A stretch of DNA of 64,000 bases from Terriglobia bacterium (GCA_965206645.1 CBDBKE010000003.1:512001-576000), one strand, 5' to 3'. Positions 28,038 through 43,705 are shown, counted from the first letter of the stretch. Translations and numbers: made by a program. Notes: generated from the sequence alone by a model not told the origin.

Positions 28038-28334
28038 CTTGGCTCGATGGGCCCTCGGCCCCAAATGCGATAGTTGACCGCTCCGGCAGACCTGCTGAGG
28101 TGCTTTGGGCTTAGTGTCTTGTGAGTGCCCGCCATCCAGGACACCATTCGGATTCTTGGCAACCTTGCCCGTCTCTGATCGTCTAATCTAAAAAGGACTA
28201 CTGGAACCTTGGGTGGGGTTTTGCGTATTATCGAACGGGGACCTTAAGATCGCCAGCGGCTCGTCCGGCGCAAAGGGGAAACAAGAGGACCGTGTGGATT
28301 TGCGCCTGGTGCGGCACTGACGGGAAGGCGCCTT

Positions 28335-29765
28335 GTGACTAAGCGGAAAAAGATCGCGATAACTGCCGGGGCTGCGTTGCTGGTGACCATCCTCGTCGTC
28401 GTCGGCATTAAAATCAGCCGCAGGGAGGTGGTGACCGTACAGACTGGCAGAGTCGTCCGCCAGGACCTGGTCTCCGTGGTGACCGCCTCCGGCGAGATCA
28501 AGCCGCTGAACTACGTCAACATTAACGCTACCGCCTTCGGCCGGATTACCGAAATTCTGGTCCGGGAGGGAGATGAGGTCCAAAAGGGCCAGCTGCTGGC
28601 GCGTCTGGAATCGGTCCAACCCTCAGCCGACGTCGAGGCCCAGCGGGCTGCGCTGCGGGCTTCTGAGGCGGACGCCGCCGCTGCCGGAGCTTCTGTCGGC
28701 TCAGCGAAGGCCGCCCAGCGCACGGCGGAGGCCGACCTGTTGCGGAGCCAGGCCGAACTGGAGAAGGCCCGGTTGGAGTTCCAACGCGCCGAGGCGTTGT
28801 TCGGCGACGAGCTGATCAGCAAGGCGCAATATGATGCGGCCAGCGCGGCCTATGAGGTGGCGTTGGCGGTTGTGGCCCAGACGGAAGCGCGCGTGGCGCA
28901 GACTCGTGCCCTGTTGGAGCAGGCCCGATCACAGCGGCAGACGGCGCGGACTCGCATCGGGCAGTCCCGGGCAGGCCTGACGCGCCTCTCCGACGTCCTA
29001 CACCAGTACAGCTTTTACGCCCCTTTGGATGGGGTGGTGACCGACCTGCCTGTGCACGTTGGTGAGAGTGTCGTCAGGGGCATCCAGAACTCGCCGGGGA
29101 GCCTGCTGATGACCATCGCCGACCTGTCCGTGATCACCGCCGAGGTGAAGGTGGATGAGACCGACATCGTCAACGTGCGCCTGGGTCAGTCCGGCGAGGT
29201 CTCCGTGGACGCCTTCCCAAACCAGACCTTCCAGGGGAAAGTGACCGAGATTGGTGCCACCGCCATCATCCGTTCCACAGGCTTGGCCGCCGCACAGTCC
29301 AATGTGGCCAGCCAGGAAGCCAAGGACTTTAAGGTGGTGGTGACCCTGGAGTCGCCTCCCGACAACTTACGCCCGGGGCTCTCCACCACGGCGAGAATCC
29401 GGACGGCGAGCAAGAAGGACGTCCTGGCGATTCCCATCCAGGCGCTCACCATCCGCCAGAAGTCAGACCTGGAAGAAGATGAGGAAGAGGACTCGAAGGC
29501 CGGGGCCGCCCTGGCCGCCGGTCCCGAGGCCCGGCGGAGAGAGAAAGACGGGAAGAAGGAGATTCAGGGTGTGTTTGTGGCGCGCGACAAACGAGTGGAG
29601 TTTGTGCCGGTGGAGACTGGGATCTTCGGCACAACCGACATTGAGGTCACTAGCGGCCTAAGCGGCGGCGAGGAAATCGTCACCGGCAGCTACAAGGTGT
29701 TGCGCACCATCCGCAGCCATGCCAGGGTCCGGGTGGACAACAAAGCGCCCAAAAAGGAAGAATAA
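28335..29765 (+). CDS. Efflux transporter periplasmic adaptor (MacA/HlyD-family MFP)
   Basis: N-terminal TM, lipoyl-like [18 protein letters not shown], long alpha-hairpin, APLDGVV, VDETDI. Confidence 0.92.
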   Translation: MTKRKKIAITAGAALLVTILVVVGIKISRREVVTVQTGRVVRQDLVSVVTASGEIKPLNYVNINATAFGRITEILVREGDEVQKGQLLARLESVQPSADVEAQRAALRASEADAAAAGASVGSAKAAQRTAEADLLRSQAELEKARLEFQRAEALFGDELISKAQYDAASAAYEVALAVVAQTEARVAQTRALLEQARSQRQTARTRIGQSRAGLTRLSDVLHQYSFYAPLDGVVTDLPVHVGESVVRGIQNSPGSLLMTIADLSVITAEVKVDETDIVNVRLGQSGEVSVDAFPNQTFQGKVTEIGATAIIRSTGLAAAQSNVASQEAKDFKVVVTLESPPDNLRPGLSTTARIRTASKKDVLAIPIQALTIRQKSDLEEDEEEDSKAGAALAAGPEARRREKDGKKEIQGVFVARDKRVEFVPVETGIFGTTDIEVTSGLSGGEEIVTGSYKVLRTIRSHARVRVDNKAPKKEE

Positions 29766-29829
29766 CCCTAGGACCCACAGGAACGGATCGCCGCATTGCC
29801 AGCCACCGAAGCAACGGAGCAAGCGAGGA

Positions 29830-30573
29830 ATGGCGTCTTCTAGAGCGGGACTAGACTCCGCTGGCCAGCAGCCCAACCCACCCCCCGACAGCGTATTGAT
29901 CAAAACCGAGGATTTGTACAAGACCTACCTGATGGGCTCGGTCGAAATCCAGGCGGTCTGCGCCGTGACCTTGGAAATCCAGCGCAACGAATACGTGGCG
30001 GTCATGGGACCCTCCGGTTCGGGCAAATCCACCCTGATGAACCTGATCGGGTGCCTGGATACGGCTTCCGGCGGCCGCTACTGGCTCAACGGGCGGCTGG
30101 TCAGCGACCTGAGTGATGACCAGCTGGCCTTCATCCGCAACAAGGAAATCGGCTTCGTCTTCCAAACCTTCAACCTGCTGGGGCGAGCCTCCGCGCTGCA
30201 CAATGTTGAGCTGCCCCTGATTTACAACGGGACGCCGGCTCAGGAGCGGCTGCTCCGGGCCCAGGAGACTCTGCGGCTGGTGGACCTGGAGAACCGCATG
30301 CGCCACAGGCCCAGCGAGCTGTCGGGCGGCGAGCGTCAGCGAGTGGCCATCGCCCGGGCCCTGGTCAACCATCCCTCGATCCTGCTGGCTGATGAGCCCA
30401 CCGGCAACCTGGACTCGGCCACCAGCCGGGAAATCATGGAACTGTTCGACCGTCTGCATGCCCAGGGAAACACCATCGTGTTGGTGACGCACGAGCGCGA
30501 CATCGGCGCCTGCGCGCATCGTGTCATTCACATTCGAGACGGCAGAGTCGCCAGCGACGAACGAACCAGATAG
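29830..30573 (+). CDS. ABC transporter ATP-binding protein (MacB/LolD family)
   Basis: [32 protein letters not shown]; likely ATG at 29830 after GAGG. Confidence 0.93.
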   Translation: MASSRAGLDSAGQQPNPPPDSVLIKTEDLYKTYLMGSVEIQAVCAVTLEIQRNEYVAVMGPSGSGKSTLMNLIGCLDTASGGRYWLNGRLVSDLSDDQLAFIRNKEIGFVFQTFNLLGRASALHNVELPLIYNGTPAQERLLRAQETLRLVDLENRMRHRPSELSGGERQRVAIARALVNHPSILLADEPTGNLDSATSREIMELFDRLHAQGNTIVLVTHERDIGACAHRVIHIRDGRVASDERTR

Positions 30574-30652
30574 TTTCTAGCGCAGCGACCCGCCCCCCCA
30601 CATTGTGCTGGCGTTGTTCTGGAGCCCGCACTGGTTTACTATTACGCGCGCC

Positions 30653-32437
30653 ATGGCCCAGCCCGGGGACTTCGCCTACCAGGTCAAGCAGTCGACCGAA
30701 ATTGTGCGGCTGGTCGGCGAGCACGTGCGGCTGAAGCGGAGCGGCGGGGCGCGCTATATGGGCCTATGCCCCTTCCATCAGGAGAAGACCCCCTCATTTT
30801 CCGTCCACGGCGGGCTGCAGTTTTACCACTGCTTCGGCTGCGGCGCTTCCGGCGACGTCTTTAAATTCGTCATGGAGACGGAACGGCTCACCTTCCCGGA
30901 AGCCGTGCGCCGGCTGGCCGAGCGGGCTGGCATCCCGCTTCCCCGCGCGCGGGGTCCGGAGGCCGACGCCGAAGCGCGCCTGCGGGCTGCGCTGCTGGAG
31001 ATGCACGAGACGGCGGCCGCCTTCTTCCAGCAGCGACTCCACTCGGCTGAAGGGGCAGCCGTCCGACAATACCTGGAGCGGCGCGGGGTGTCCCCCGAGA
31101 TGGCGGCCGAGTTCCGCCTGGGTTATGCGCCCGCTTCCGGCAGCGCTCTGCTCCGCCAACTTGGCCCGAGCTATGGCACGGAGGTGCTGGAGGCCAGCGG
31201 GCTGGTTCTGAAGCGCGACTCTGGCGGCCACTTCGACCGCTTTCGCGGGCGCCTCATGTTTCCTATCGGCAACGAAGCCGGCAAGGTGATCGCATTCGGT
31301 GGCCGCGCGCTGCGCAAGGAAGATCAACCGAAGTATCTGAATTCTCCGGAAACCCTCATCTATCGCAAGAGTCGCGTGCTGTTCAACTTCCACCGCGCCC
31401 GGGAAGGGATGCGCCGCCAGGAGCTGGTGGTGCTGGTGGAGGGGTACATGGACGCCCTGGCCGTCTTCTCCGCCGGGGTTAGCAACGTGGTTGCCAGTTG
31501 CGGTACCAGCCTGACGCTGCTCCAGGTCAAGGCGCTGGCGCCGCTGGTCAAGACGGTAGTGGTTAATTACGACCCGGACGCGGCTGGGGCGGCGGCCACT
31601 GAGCGATCATTGTCCACGCTGCTGGAAGAGGGCCTGAAGGTCGGCGTGCTGGCGCTGCCCACCGGCCAGGACCCCGACCAGTTCATCCGTTCCCAGGGAT
31701 CGGAAGCCTACCGCGCGCAACTGGAGGCTGCCCCTTCTTTCTTCGCCTTTCTGGTGGAGCGTGCGCGTGCGCTGTTCGATCTGGGCAGCGCCGCGGGACG
31801 GGCCGCCGCCGCACGTCATATTCTGCAGTACATCAATAAATTGCCGGACTCCATGGAGCGAGCCGAGTTGGCCAAAGACCTGGCGGATCGGCTGGGTCTG
31901 GACCGGCAAGTGGTCGGCCGCGAGTTGTCTGTCGCTGCCGCCGATCGGCGTCCCTGGACCGGAGCTGCGGCGTCCAATGCTTCCCAGTACGAGAAGGAAT
32001 TGCTGCGAGTGATTCTGGAGAACCCGGCGGCGCGGTCAAGCCTGTTGCAGGTTTTATCCGAGGCTGACCTGTGGGCCGATTGGGTCACTCGGCCCATCTT
32101 TTCCGCCCTCTCGGCCCTGGACTTGCCCTCGGGAGAAGCTTTGGACGTGACAGCCCTGTTCGACCGGCTGGAGCCGCCGGATCGCGCGCGTCTAGCCGGG
32201 ATCGTCCATCAGGAGGCAGTGGAACTGATCGCGCCGGACAAGGCGCAGCAGTATGTTGAGGAACTTCGCCGGTTAGGTCAATTGCGGCGGGTCCGGGAGC
32301 AGAAGCGTCGACAGCTGGCAACTGCTGGGTCCCCGCGCAGTGCGGAGGAGGCGCGGGGACAAGCCCAAATTGCGTTGGAAATCAACCAGATTGATGCCCA
32401 ATTGAATGCTCCTCACCACTTGCTCCGCCAAGGCTAA
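30653..32437 (+). CDS. dnaG: DNA primase
   Basis: CHC2 Zn finger CPFHQEKTPSF..CFGC, KYLNSPET, TOPRIM EGYMD and DPDAAG; upstream of rpoD. Confidence 0.97.
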   Translation: MAQPGDFAYQVKQSTEIVRLVGEHVRLKRSGGARYMGLCPFHQEKTPSFSVHGGLQFYHCFGCGASGDVFKFVMETERLTFPEAVRRLAERAGIPLPRARGPEADAEARLRAALLEMHETAAAFFQQRLHSAEGAAVRQYLERRGVSPEMAAEFRLGYAPASGSALLRQLGPSYGTEVLEASGLVLKRDSGGHFDRFRGRLMFPIGNEAGKVIAFGGRALRKEDQPKYLNSPETLIYRKSRVLFNFHRAREGMRRQELVVLVEGYMDALAVFSAGVSNVVASCGTSLTLLQVKALAPLVKTVVVNYDPDAAGAAATERSLSTLLEEGLKVGVLALPTGQDPDQFIRSQGSEAYRAQLEAAPSFFAFLVERARALFDLGSAAGRAAAARHILQYINKLPDSMERAELAKDLADRLGLDRQVVGRELSVAAADRRPWTGAAASNASQYEKELLRVILENPAARSSLLQVLSEADLWADWVTRPIFSALSALDLPSGEALDVTALFDRLEPPDRARLAGIVHQEAVELIAPDKAQQYVEELRRLGQLRRVREQKRRQLATAGSPRSAEEARGQAQIALEINQIDAQLNAPHHLLRQG

Positions 32438-32542
32438 GCCTGGTTGAGCTAAGCTAAGCCTGGTTGAGCTAAGCCTGGTTGAGCTAAGCCTGGTTGAGCT
32501 AAGCCTGGTTGAGCTAAGCCTGGTTGAGCTAAGCTTGGTTGC
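32433..32542. repeat. 15-bp tandem repeat (VNTR), about 7 copies, between dnaG and rpoD
   Basis: GCTAAGCCTGGTTGA repeated; the first copy contains the dnaG TAA stop; one 5-bp GCTAA stutter; last copy degenerate. Confidence 0.95.
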
Positions 32543-32625
32543 TCCCCCAAGGCCAAGCCTGGCCCAACAGGCTGGCGCGTCCCTCCTGAACCGCCCGCCA
32601 GAGCACGACGATTCCCTGGAATTCG

Positions 32626-32655
32626 TTGACGAAATGGTTCCTTTGTGATTATTAT
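32626..32655 (+). promoter_or_regulatory. Candidate sigma70 promoter for rpoD
   Basis: TTGACG-18 nt-TATTAT in an AT-rich intergenic patch. Confidence 0.45.
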
Positions 32656-32775
32656 AAGAGATTCTCTTCCTTTTGAAACTCTGGTGGGGGTTAAGTCGTC
32701 TAATCTAAAGGGCTGAAGTGTGTCTGTGCCAGCCCACCCCTGGCCGGCGGCGTTCTGGAGAGGAGTTGGCAGGTT

Positions 32776-34479
<1,704 letters not shown>

Positions 34480-34610
34480 CCCTGTCCAGTCTGGCAGTCC
34501 CCTTCACCCGCTCCTGCTTGTGCCAGGCCCCCCCCGGGGCCATTGCGCGGCAGGGGCCGACTTCCTCATTGCAACTGTAAACCTTGGATAGGGCGTTCTC
34601 TGGGAGAGGA

Positions 34611-34678
34611 TGGATTGCGTCCAACGCGCGTCTTCACCTGTCAGCTGCCTGAGCCGTCCGCGCGTTGGACGCAATCCA
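34611..34678. repeat. Perfect 20-bp inverted repeat with a 28-nt loop
   Basis: TGGATTGCGTCCAACGCGCG (34611-34630) and CGCGCGTTGGACGCAATCCA (34659-34678). Confidence 0.95.
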
Positions 34679-34702
34679 AAGTCAGTACACACATTCCAGG
34701 CA

Positions 34703-34738
34703 AATTCAGTCCCCTCTTCTTCGGGGGCACTATTATAC
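34703..34738 (-). CRISPR. Solitary degenerate CRISPR-repeat-like unit (no array)
   Basis: Minus strand GTATAATAGTGCCCCCGAAGAAGAGGGGACTGAATT: 36 nt, GT start, CCCC/GGGG stem, 8-nt tail ACTGAATT resembling the ACTGAAAC handle; overlaps the cas6 stop codon. Confidence 0.55.
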
Positions 34739-35704
34739 CCTCAGCGCGGCCTTGCGTTGAGTTTCTGGCTGGGCTTCGCTCGAGAATTCTCTACCCTGTA
34801 TTTCGTACCAGCCGTTGCCCCACACCGCATGTTTGCCCACGTGGAGGTATTGGCCGATGTGGAGCAGAGGAAGGAATTCGGCAAGGGCGTCGGCGGTCGG
34901 GGTGCCGAAGAGGGATTCGCCGAGGAAGCCGCCGATTGAGTGGCGGCGGCCGGTGCGGGCCGAGCGGCGCTGGCGCTCTTCCCAGTGCAAGTCCCGGCGA
35001 AGGCAGCCCACAGCCCGAGCGCGCTCAGCCAGTCCCCGGAAGTCCAACTGTAACGGACCGCCGCAGTAAAACGTAGCCAGCGCGTTCAACCGATCCCGCA
35101 GGCGACGCACCAGGTGATGGAACTCGGGCTCACGCACCTGCTTGTCCTCGAAAACCAGATCGGTCGGGGTGAGGAACCTTACCAGGACTTGCGATTGCGG
35201 ATTCCGAATTTCGAATTGGCTAAGTGGAGCCAGCTGCTCGACGCGCTCCAGGCGACAGCGGGCGCGGTTGAGCCCAAGGCCGGCTTCGGCTAGCCGGTCG
35301 AAGCTGAGCAAGAAATGGGGCAAGAGTTCGGTGATGCGGCCCACCAGAATCAGACCAAATTCCAGAGTTTCTCCAGGCGCATATTGGGTTTTTTCGTCAA
35401 TCTCAATGACGCCATTCTGTTTCGTTACCGGCGGCCGAATGACAAAGGGGCGAGGAATGGCCTGGTAATTGGACAGGGCGGGGGAGCCGGGCGGTGGTGC
35501 TGGCTCAAACACCTGAGCGTAGGGGCAGGTGGCGCGCAAATCGCAGCTGAGCGCCCCGGGACATTGCGGGTGGCAGCACTGCGCGCGCAGCGTCGTGCCG
35601 AGCGCGCCGCGCAAGACGTTGCCCTTGTTGCGCGCCGGCATGAACAGCGTCTGCTCGGGCACCAAGCGCAGGCGAAACTGAGCGAATTGCAGCCGGGAAA
35701 ACAT
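34733..35704 (-). CDS. cas6: CRISPR pre-crRNA endoribonuclease Cas6 (RAMP), orphan
   Basis: GNVLRGALG, Cys cluster CC..C..C..CPY, PRPFV, FLTP, C-terminal glycine-rich loop GQYLHVGKHAVWGNG; start probably ATG 35704 (ORF open to 35764). Confidence 0.9.
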   Translation of the reverse strand: MFSRLQFAQFRLRLVPEQTLFMPARNKGNVLRGALGTTLRAQCCHPQCPGALSCDLRATCPYAQVFEPAPPPGSPALSNYQAIPRPFVIRPPVTKQNGVIEIDEKTQYAPGETLEFGLILVGRITELLPHFLLSFDRLAEAGLGLNRARCRLERVEQLAPLSQFEIRNPQSQVLVRFLTPTDLVFEDKQVREPEFHHLVRRLRDRLNALATFYCGGPLQLDFRGLAERARAVGCLRRDLHWEERQRRSARTGRRHSIGGFLGESLFGTPTADALAEFLPLLHIGQYLHVGKHAVWGNGWYEIQGREFSSEAQPETQRKAALRV

Positions 35705-35805
35705 AGGTCCGGGGAAGCCGGGCCGCATCCTACGCCGCCAGAGATGGGTTTGCAAGTTCGGCATGAGACCGGAGACTACAAACTGAAGACTGGAGACCCG
35801 TGAGT

Positions 35806-36328
35806 TTAGCGGCGGGGCAGCAAACGGGTGCGACCAGAGGCGTTCACGACGGTGATCCGGCGAAAGCCCTCCGCGTAGGTGGGCGGGCGCAGCTTGCGCA
35901 CCATGCGCAGCATGACCTCCCGCGGCACGCGGCGTCCCCGGCGGGCGTTGCGCTCCCGGCAGACCTCGAGCGGCACATCGAAGAAGACCGCGTCTACACG
36001 GCAGTCGAACAATGCGGCCAGGCGGAAATAGCCCCGGCGCTCCTGGCGGTTCAGGTTGGTGGCGTCCACATAATGAACGCGCCGCCCCAGTCCTAGGCGC
36101 AGCCGCAGCAGCCAGCGCAGTGCCGAGAAAATCGCGGTCTGCTGCGACTGGTCGGTAACGTCATCGAGCAGCAGCTGGCGCAGCAGGTCGCTGGAGAGCG
36201 GCTGAATGCGGCGTCGGGCGAACCAAGTGGACTTTCCTGAGCCGGGGAGGCCCACAGCCAGAACAATTGTAGATTCCGGATTGCGGGATGAGGATTTCGA
36301 CTTCGGGCTTTGGACCTTGGTCTTTGGA

Positions 36329-36336
<8 letters not shown>
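35806..36336 (-). CDS. AAA_33/polynucleotide-kinase-like P-loop kinase
   Basis: GLPGSGKSTW, SSDLLR, VDATN, lid ERNARR; TTG at 36336 overlaps the end of fadE. Confidence 0.85.
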
Positions 36337-38098
<1,762 letters not shown>

Positions 38099-38131
38099 TT
38101 CTAACTCCTCGGTTTCCTCGGCAACGTAGCG

Positions 38132-38187
38132 CCCGTAGCGGCAGGCTTTACCCTGCCACGTGGCGCTGTAAAGGGCGCCGCTACGGG
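38132..38187. repeat. GTAG-type REP-like palindromic element
   Basis: CCCGTAGCGGC...GCCGCTACGGG enclosing two short hairpins (GGCAGG/CCTGCC and GGCGC/GCGCC). Confidence 0.7.
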
Positions 38188-38220
38188 AGGCTCTTTCTAT
38201 CGCGCTCCTGTATTTGTCTT

Positions 38221-38296
38221 GTCATTTCGAAGCGAGGAATCTGCTTCTAAGGGGGCATGCCCCGAACAGCAGATCCCTCGCTTCGCTCGGGATGAC
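38221..38296. repeat. GTCAT...ATGAC palindromic element (GTCATCCCGAGCGAAGCGAGGGATCT type)
   Basis: GTCATTTCGAAGCGAGGAATCTGCT...AGCAGATCCCTCGCTTCGCTCGGGATGAC. Confidence 0.75.
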
Positions 38297-38351
38297 TCGG
38301 ACTCGAACTGCAAGCAGTGCCCGTTTGTGGCACAGGTCTTGCGTGGCGCCG

Positions 38352-39542
38352 CTACCCTCCCAGGTTCTCGAAAATTCCGGCAGCGCCCATACCCCCGCCA
38401 ATGCACATGGTGACCATGCCATAACGCGCCTTGCGCCGCTTCATTTCCTGCAGCAGGGTGGCAGTCAGCTTCGCGCCGGTGCAGCCCAGCGGGTGACCCA
38501 GGGCGATGGCACCGCCATTGACGTTAACGCGGGCCGGATCCAACTCCTCCTGACGCATCACCGACAGCGCCTGCGCGGCGAAGGCCTCGTTCAGCTCGAT
38601 CAGCTCCATCTGGTCCAGCGTCAGACCGGCCAGCTTTAGCGCCTTGGGAATGGCGAAGGCCGGGCCAATGCCCATTTCCTCGGGCGGCACGCCGGCGGTG
38701 GCAAAAGCCAGGAATCGCGCCAGCGGCTTCAGGCCGAGGGCGCGGGCGCGCTCGGCCGACATGACCACCGCGCCGGCGGCCCCGTCGCTCATCTGGGAGG
38801 AGTTTCCCGCCGTCACCGTGCCGTTGGCGTGGAAAGCCGGCTTCAGTTTCGCAAGGGCCTCCATCGAGGTGTCAGCTCTTGGGCCTTCATCCACTGCAAA
38901 GGTGCCGGTGCGTGTGACAGGCCCGACCTGTCCTGGCGGGCCGGGCTCGGTGAGGCTGACCTCGAGCGGCACAATCTCCTCCTGGAAGCGGCCAGCCTGG
39001 ATGGCGGCCAGCGCCTTGCGATGGCTCTCGCAAGCAAAGCAGTCCTGCGCCTCGCGGTCGACGCCGTACTTGCGGACCAATCGCTCGGCGGTCAGCCCCA
39101 TCGAGAGGTAAGCGTCGGGATAGGTGTCCACCAGGTGCGGATTCGGCGCCGGCTTCTGGCCTCCCATCGGCACCAGGCTCATGGACTCGGTTCCGCCGGC
39201 CAAAATGACGTCGGCAAAGCCGGCCATGATCCGCTCGGCGCCCAGGGCGATGGACTGCAGGCCTGAGGAGCAGAAGCGGTTGACGGTCATGGCGCTGGTG
39301 GTGACGGGCAGGCCGGCCCTGAGGGCTGCGATGCGCGCCACGTTCATCCCCTGCTCGGCTTCCGGCATGGCGCAGCCCAGGATGACGTCTTCAATCTCGG
39401 CAGGGTCCAGGCCGGGCGTGCGCTGGAGCAGCGCCGAAAGCACGGTAGCGGCCATGTCGTCCGGACGCGTTGCCCGCAGCGTGCCTTTGTAGGCCTTGCC
39501 CACCGCGGTCCTGGCAACGGAAACAATGACGGCTTCCTTCAT
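38352..39542 (-). CDS. fadA: Acetyl-CoA C-acyltransferase (thiolase)
   Basis: [26 protein letters not shown]; ATG at 39542 (MKEAVIV). Confidence 0.95.
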   Translation of the reverse strand: MKEAVIVSVARTAVGKAYKGTLRATRPDDMAATVLSALLQRTPGLDPAEIEDVILGCAMPEAEQGMNVARIAALRAGLPVTTSAMTVNRFCSSGLQSIALGAERIMAGFADVILAGGTESMSLVPMGGQKPAPNPHLVDTYPDAYLSMGLTAERLVRKYGVDREAQDCFACESHRKALAAIQAGRFQEEIVPLEVSLTEPGPPGQVGPVTRTGTFAVDEGPRADTSMEALAKLKPAFHANGTVTAGNSSQMSDGAAGAVVMSAERARALGLKPLARFLAFATAGVPPEEMGIGPAFAIPKALKLAGLTLDQMELIELNEAFAAQALSVMRQEELDPARVNVNGGAIALGHPLGCTGAKLTATLLQEMKRRKARYGMVTMCIGGGMGAAGIFENLGG

Positions 39543-39570
39543 CTGAAGGTCCTCTGCATCCGTAAGAGTC

Positions 39571-39593
39571 GGCAGGCAAGAATGCCTGCCCAC
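39571..39593. repeat. GTGG-type REP-like hairpin
   Basis: Minus strand GTGGGCAGGCATTCTTGCCTGCC between fadN and fadA. Confidence 0.6.
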
Positions 39594-39599
39594 GGGCAA

Positions 39600-42023
<2,424 letters not shown>

Positions 42024-42124
42024 TTTCGACGGTTCAAAAGTCGAGGCAATGATCCTTGACACGGACCCCACTCAATCTCTGGTTCAGGGCTCGTCACTTT
42101 TTTCTCTCGACTCCCATGGCCGGC

Positions 42125-42661
42125 TTATAGGATTTGTTCCAGCAGGCTGGCGAGGTAATTTTCATCCACGTAGCCGCTCTTGTAAGTGCGGCCATTCCAG
42201 TACATCCAGGCGCCCTGGGCCCCTTCGCCCGGGCAGAAGAAGATGCCGTGTTCCTCGACACGCTCCTCCTCCAGCAATTCCTGGTTGAAGAAGCGCACCT
42301 CGCCCTCCAGGATGTACGGCTTTTTGAAATTGTCGTTGGCCACCAGGTCGGCCGGGGCTCCGATGTCCAGCAACAGGATGCGGCCTCGGACGTTCATCAG
42401 CAGTTGCAGCTGGTTCTCTTCCGGGAAGTCGCCGGGAGGCTCGGGCGGCGACAGTTGCAGTTGGTCGTGTTCGACGTAAGAGTTCAGGTGGCTGGCGAAA
42501 CCGCTGCAGACGTGCCACAGATGCTGGACGGGCTCGGTCCGCCGCTGGCCGATCTGCCTCCGGTGCTCCTGTGCGGACTCGTCTTTGCGGCGCAGTTCCT
42601 CAATACGGCGCGCCAGCTTCTGAAAACGTTCATCGCGCGGATGTCTACCGAAGGCGATCAT
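42125..42661 (-). CDS. Hypothetical protein
   Basis: Host-like codon usage; ATGA overlap with the upstream ROK kinase. Confidence 0.75.
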   Translation of the reverse strand: MIAFGRHPRDERFQKLARRIEELRRKDESAQEHRRQIGQRRTEPVQHLWHVCSGFASHLNSYVEHDQLQLSPPEPPGDFPEENQLQLLMNVRGRILLLDIGAPADLVANDNFKKPYILEGEVRFFNQELLEEERVEEHGIFFCPGEGAQGAWMYWNGRTYKSGYVDENYLASLLEQIL

Positions 42662-43623
42662 GGCTGCACCTCCAGCGCTTGCAACGGCAGGTAGGCGGCG
42701 CCGTAGAGGCCTGCTTCGCTGCCCAGTTGCGAGCGGGCGATCCGGGTGCCCCCGGCGCGGTAGACGAAGGAGCGGCGCTCCACTTCGGCCAGCATCACCG
42801 GGGCAAACAAATCCCAGGCTTTGGTTACCCCGCCGGTGATGGCGTACAGGGGGAAATTGAAAATGTTCACCAAGTCGGCCAACGCGATGCCCAGGGCGCG
42901 GCCGACGACCGTGAAGATGTCGCGCGCGGCCTCCTCCCCTTCCAGTGCCTTGCGGTGGACCATCTCGGAGGTCAGTTCAGAGCACTCACGAGCTAGCTGG
43001 GCGAGCGCGGGACTCCTTCCCTCGCGGATAGCTTCGTGGGCCATCCGCACGATGGCGGTGGCCGACGCCAGCTGTTCCAGGCAGCCGTGGTTGCCGCAGC
43101 CGCAGCGGGGCCCGTCGGGGTTGACGGTGATGTGGCCGAATTCGCCGGCCATGCCCAGGGCGCCGTGCCAGACGCGTCCGTTCTGCACCACGCCGCCGCC
43201 CACTCCGGTTCCCAGCGTGAGCATGGCCAGGCTATCCACGTCGCGCCCCAGCCCCATCCACTTCTCTCCCAGCGCCGCGGCGTTTGCGTCGTTGTCGAGG
43301 AAGACCCGGACGCCCAATTGCTGCTCGATCTCGTCACGGATGGGATAATTTTCCCAGCCCGGCAGGTTCGGGGATTCGCGGATTCTCCCTTCCTCTGCGT
43401 AAATGATCCCCGGCACGCCGAGGCCGATGCCCGCCAGAGCCTGGGAAGAGTGGGGGGCGCGCAGTTTGTCCACCGCAGCTGAGATTTCCTGGAGCACAGC
43501 TTCGCGGCCTGCCCGCAGGTTCGTCTTCAGGCGGGTTTGTGTCAAGATCCGTCCCTGCACGTCGATAGTGGCGACACGCAGGTTGGTCCCGCCGAGATCC
43601 ACTCCGATAGCGAAATAACTCAT
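42658..43623 (-). CDS. glk: ROK family sugar kinase (glucokinase-like)
   Basis: DLGGT, NDANAAALGE, GTGVGGG, GEFGH, CGCGNHGCLE. Confidence 0.88.
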   Translation of the reverse strand: MSYFAIGVDLGGTNLRVATIDVQGRILTQTRLKTNLRAGREAVLQEISAAVDKLRAPHSSQALAGIGLGVPGIIYAEEGRIRESPNLPGWENYPIRDEIEQQLGVRVFLDNDANAAALGEKWMGLGRDVDSLAMLTLGTGVGGGVVQNGRVWHGALGMAGEFGHITVNPDGPRCGCGNHGCLEQLASATAIVRMAHEAIREGRSPALAQLARECSELTSEMVHRKALEGEEAARDIFTVVGRALGIALADLVNIFNFPLYAITGGVTKAWDLFAPVMLAEVERRSFVYRAGGTRIARSQLGSEAGLYGAAYLPLQALEVQP

Positions 43624-43705
43624 AAAGACAGGCGCTTAGGTCTCAGGTTTCAGGTGTTCGCCTGACAATCATACCCCATGCCTGGCGCCAGGAACTTGGC
43701 CCCTG

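Noticed and set aside
32433-32542. Repeat array about 2 kb from cas6 as a CRISPR array
   Set aside because: Contiguous 15-bp units with no spacers; it is a minisatellite
34480-34700. tRNA gene downstream of rpoD
   Set aside because: No T-loop GTTCRA, D-loop or cloverleaf found on either strand
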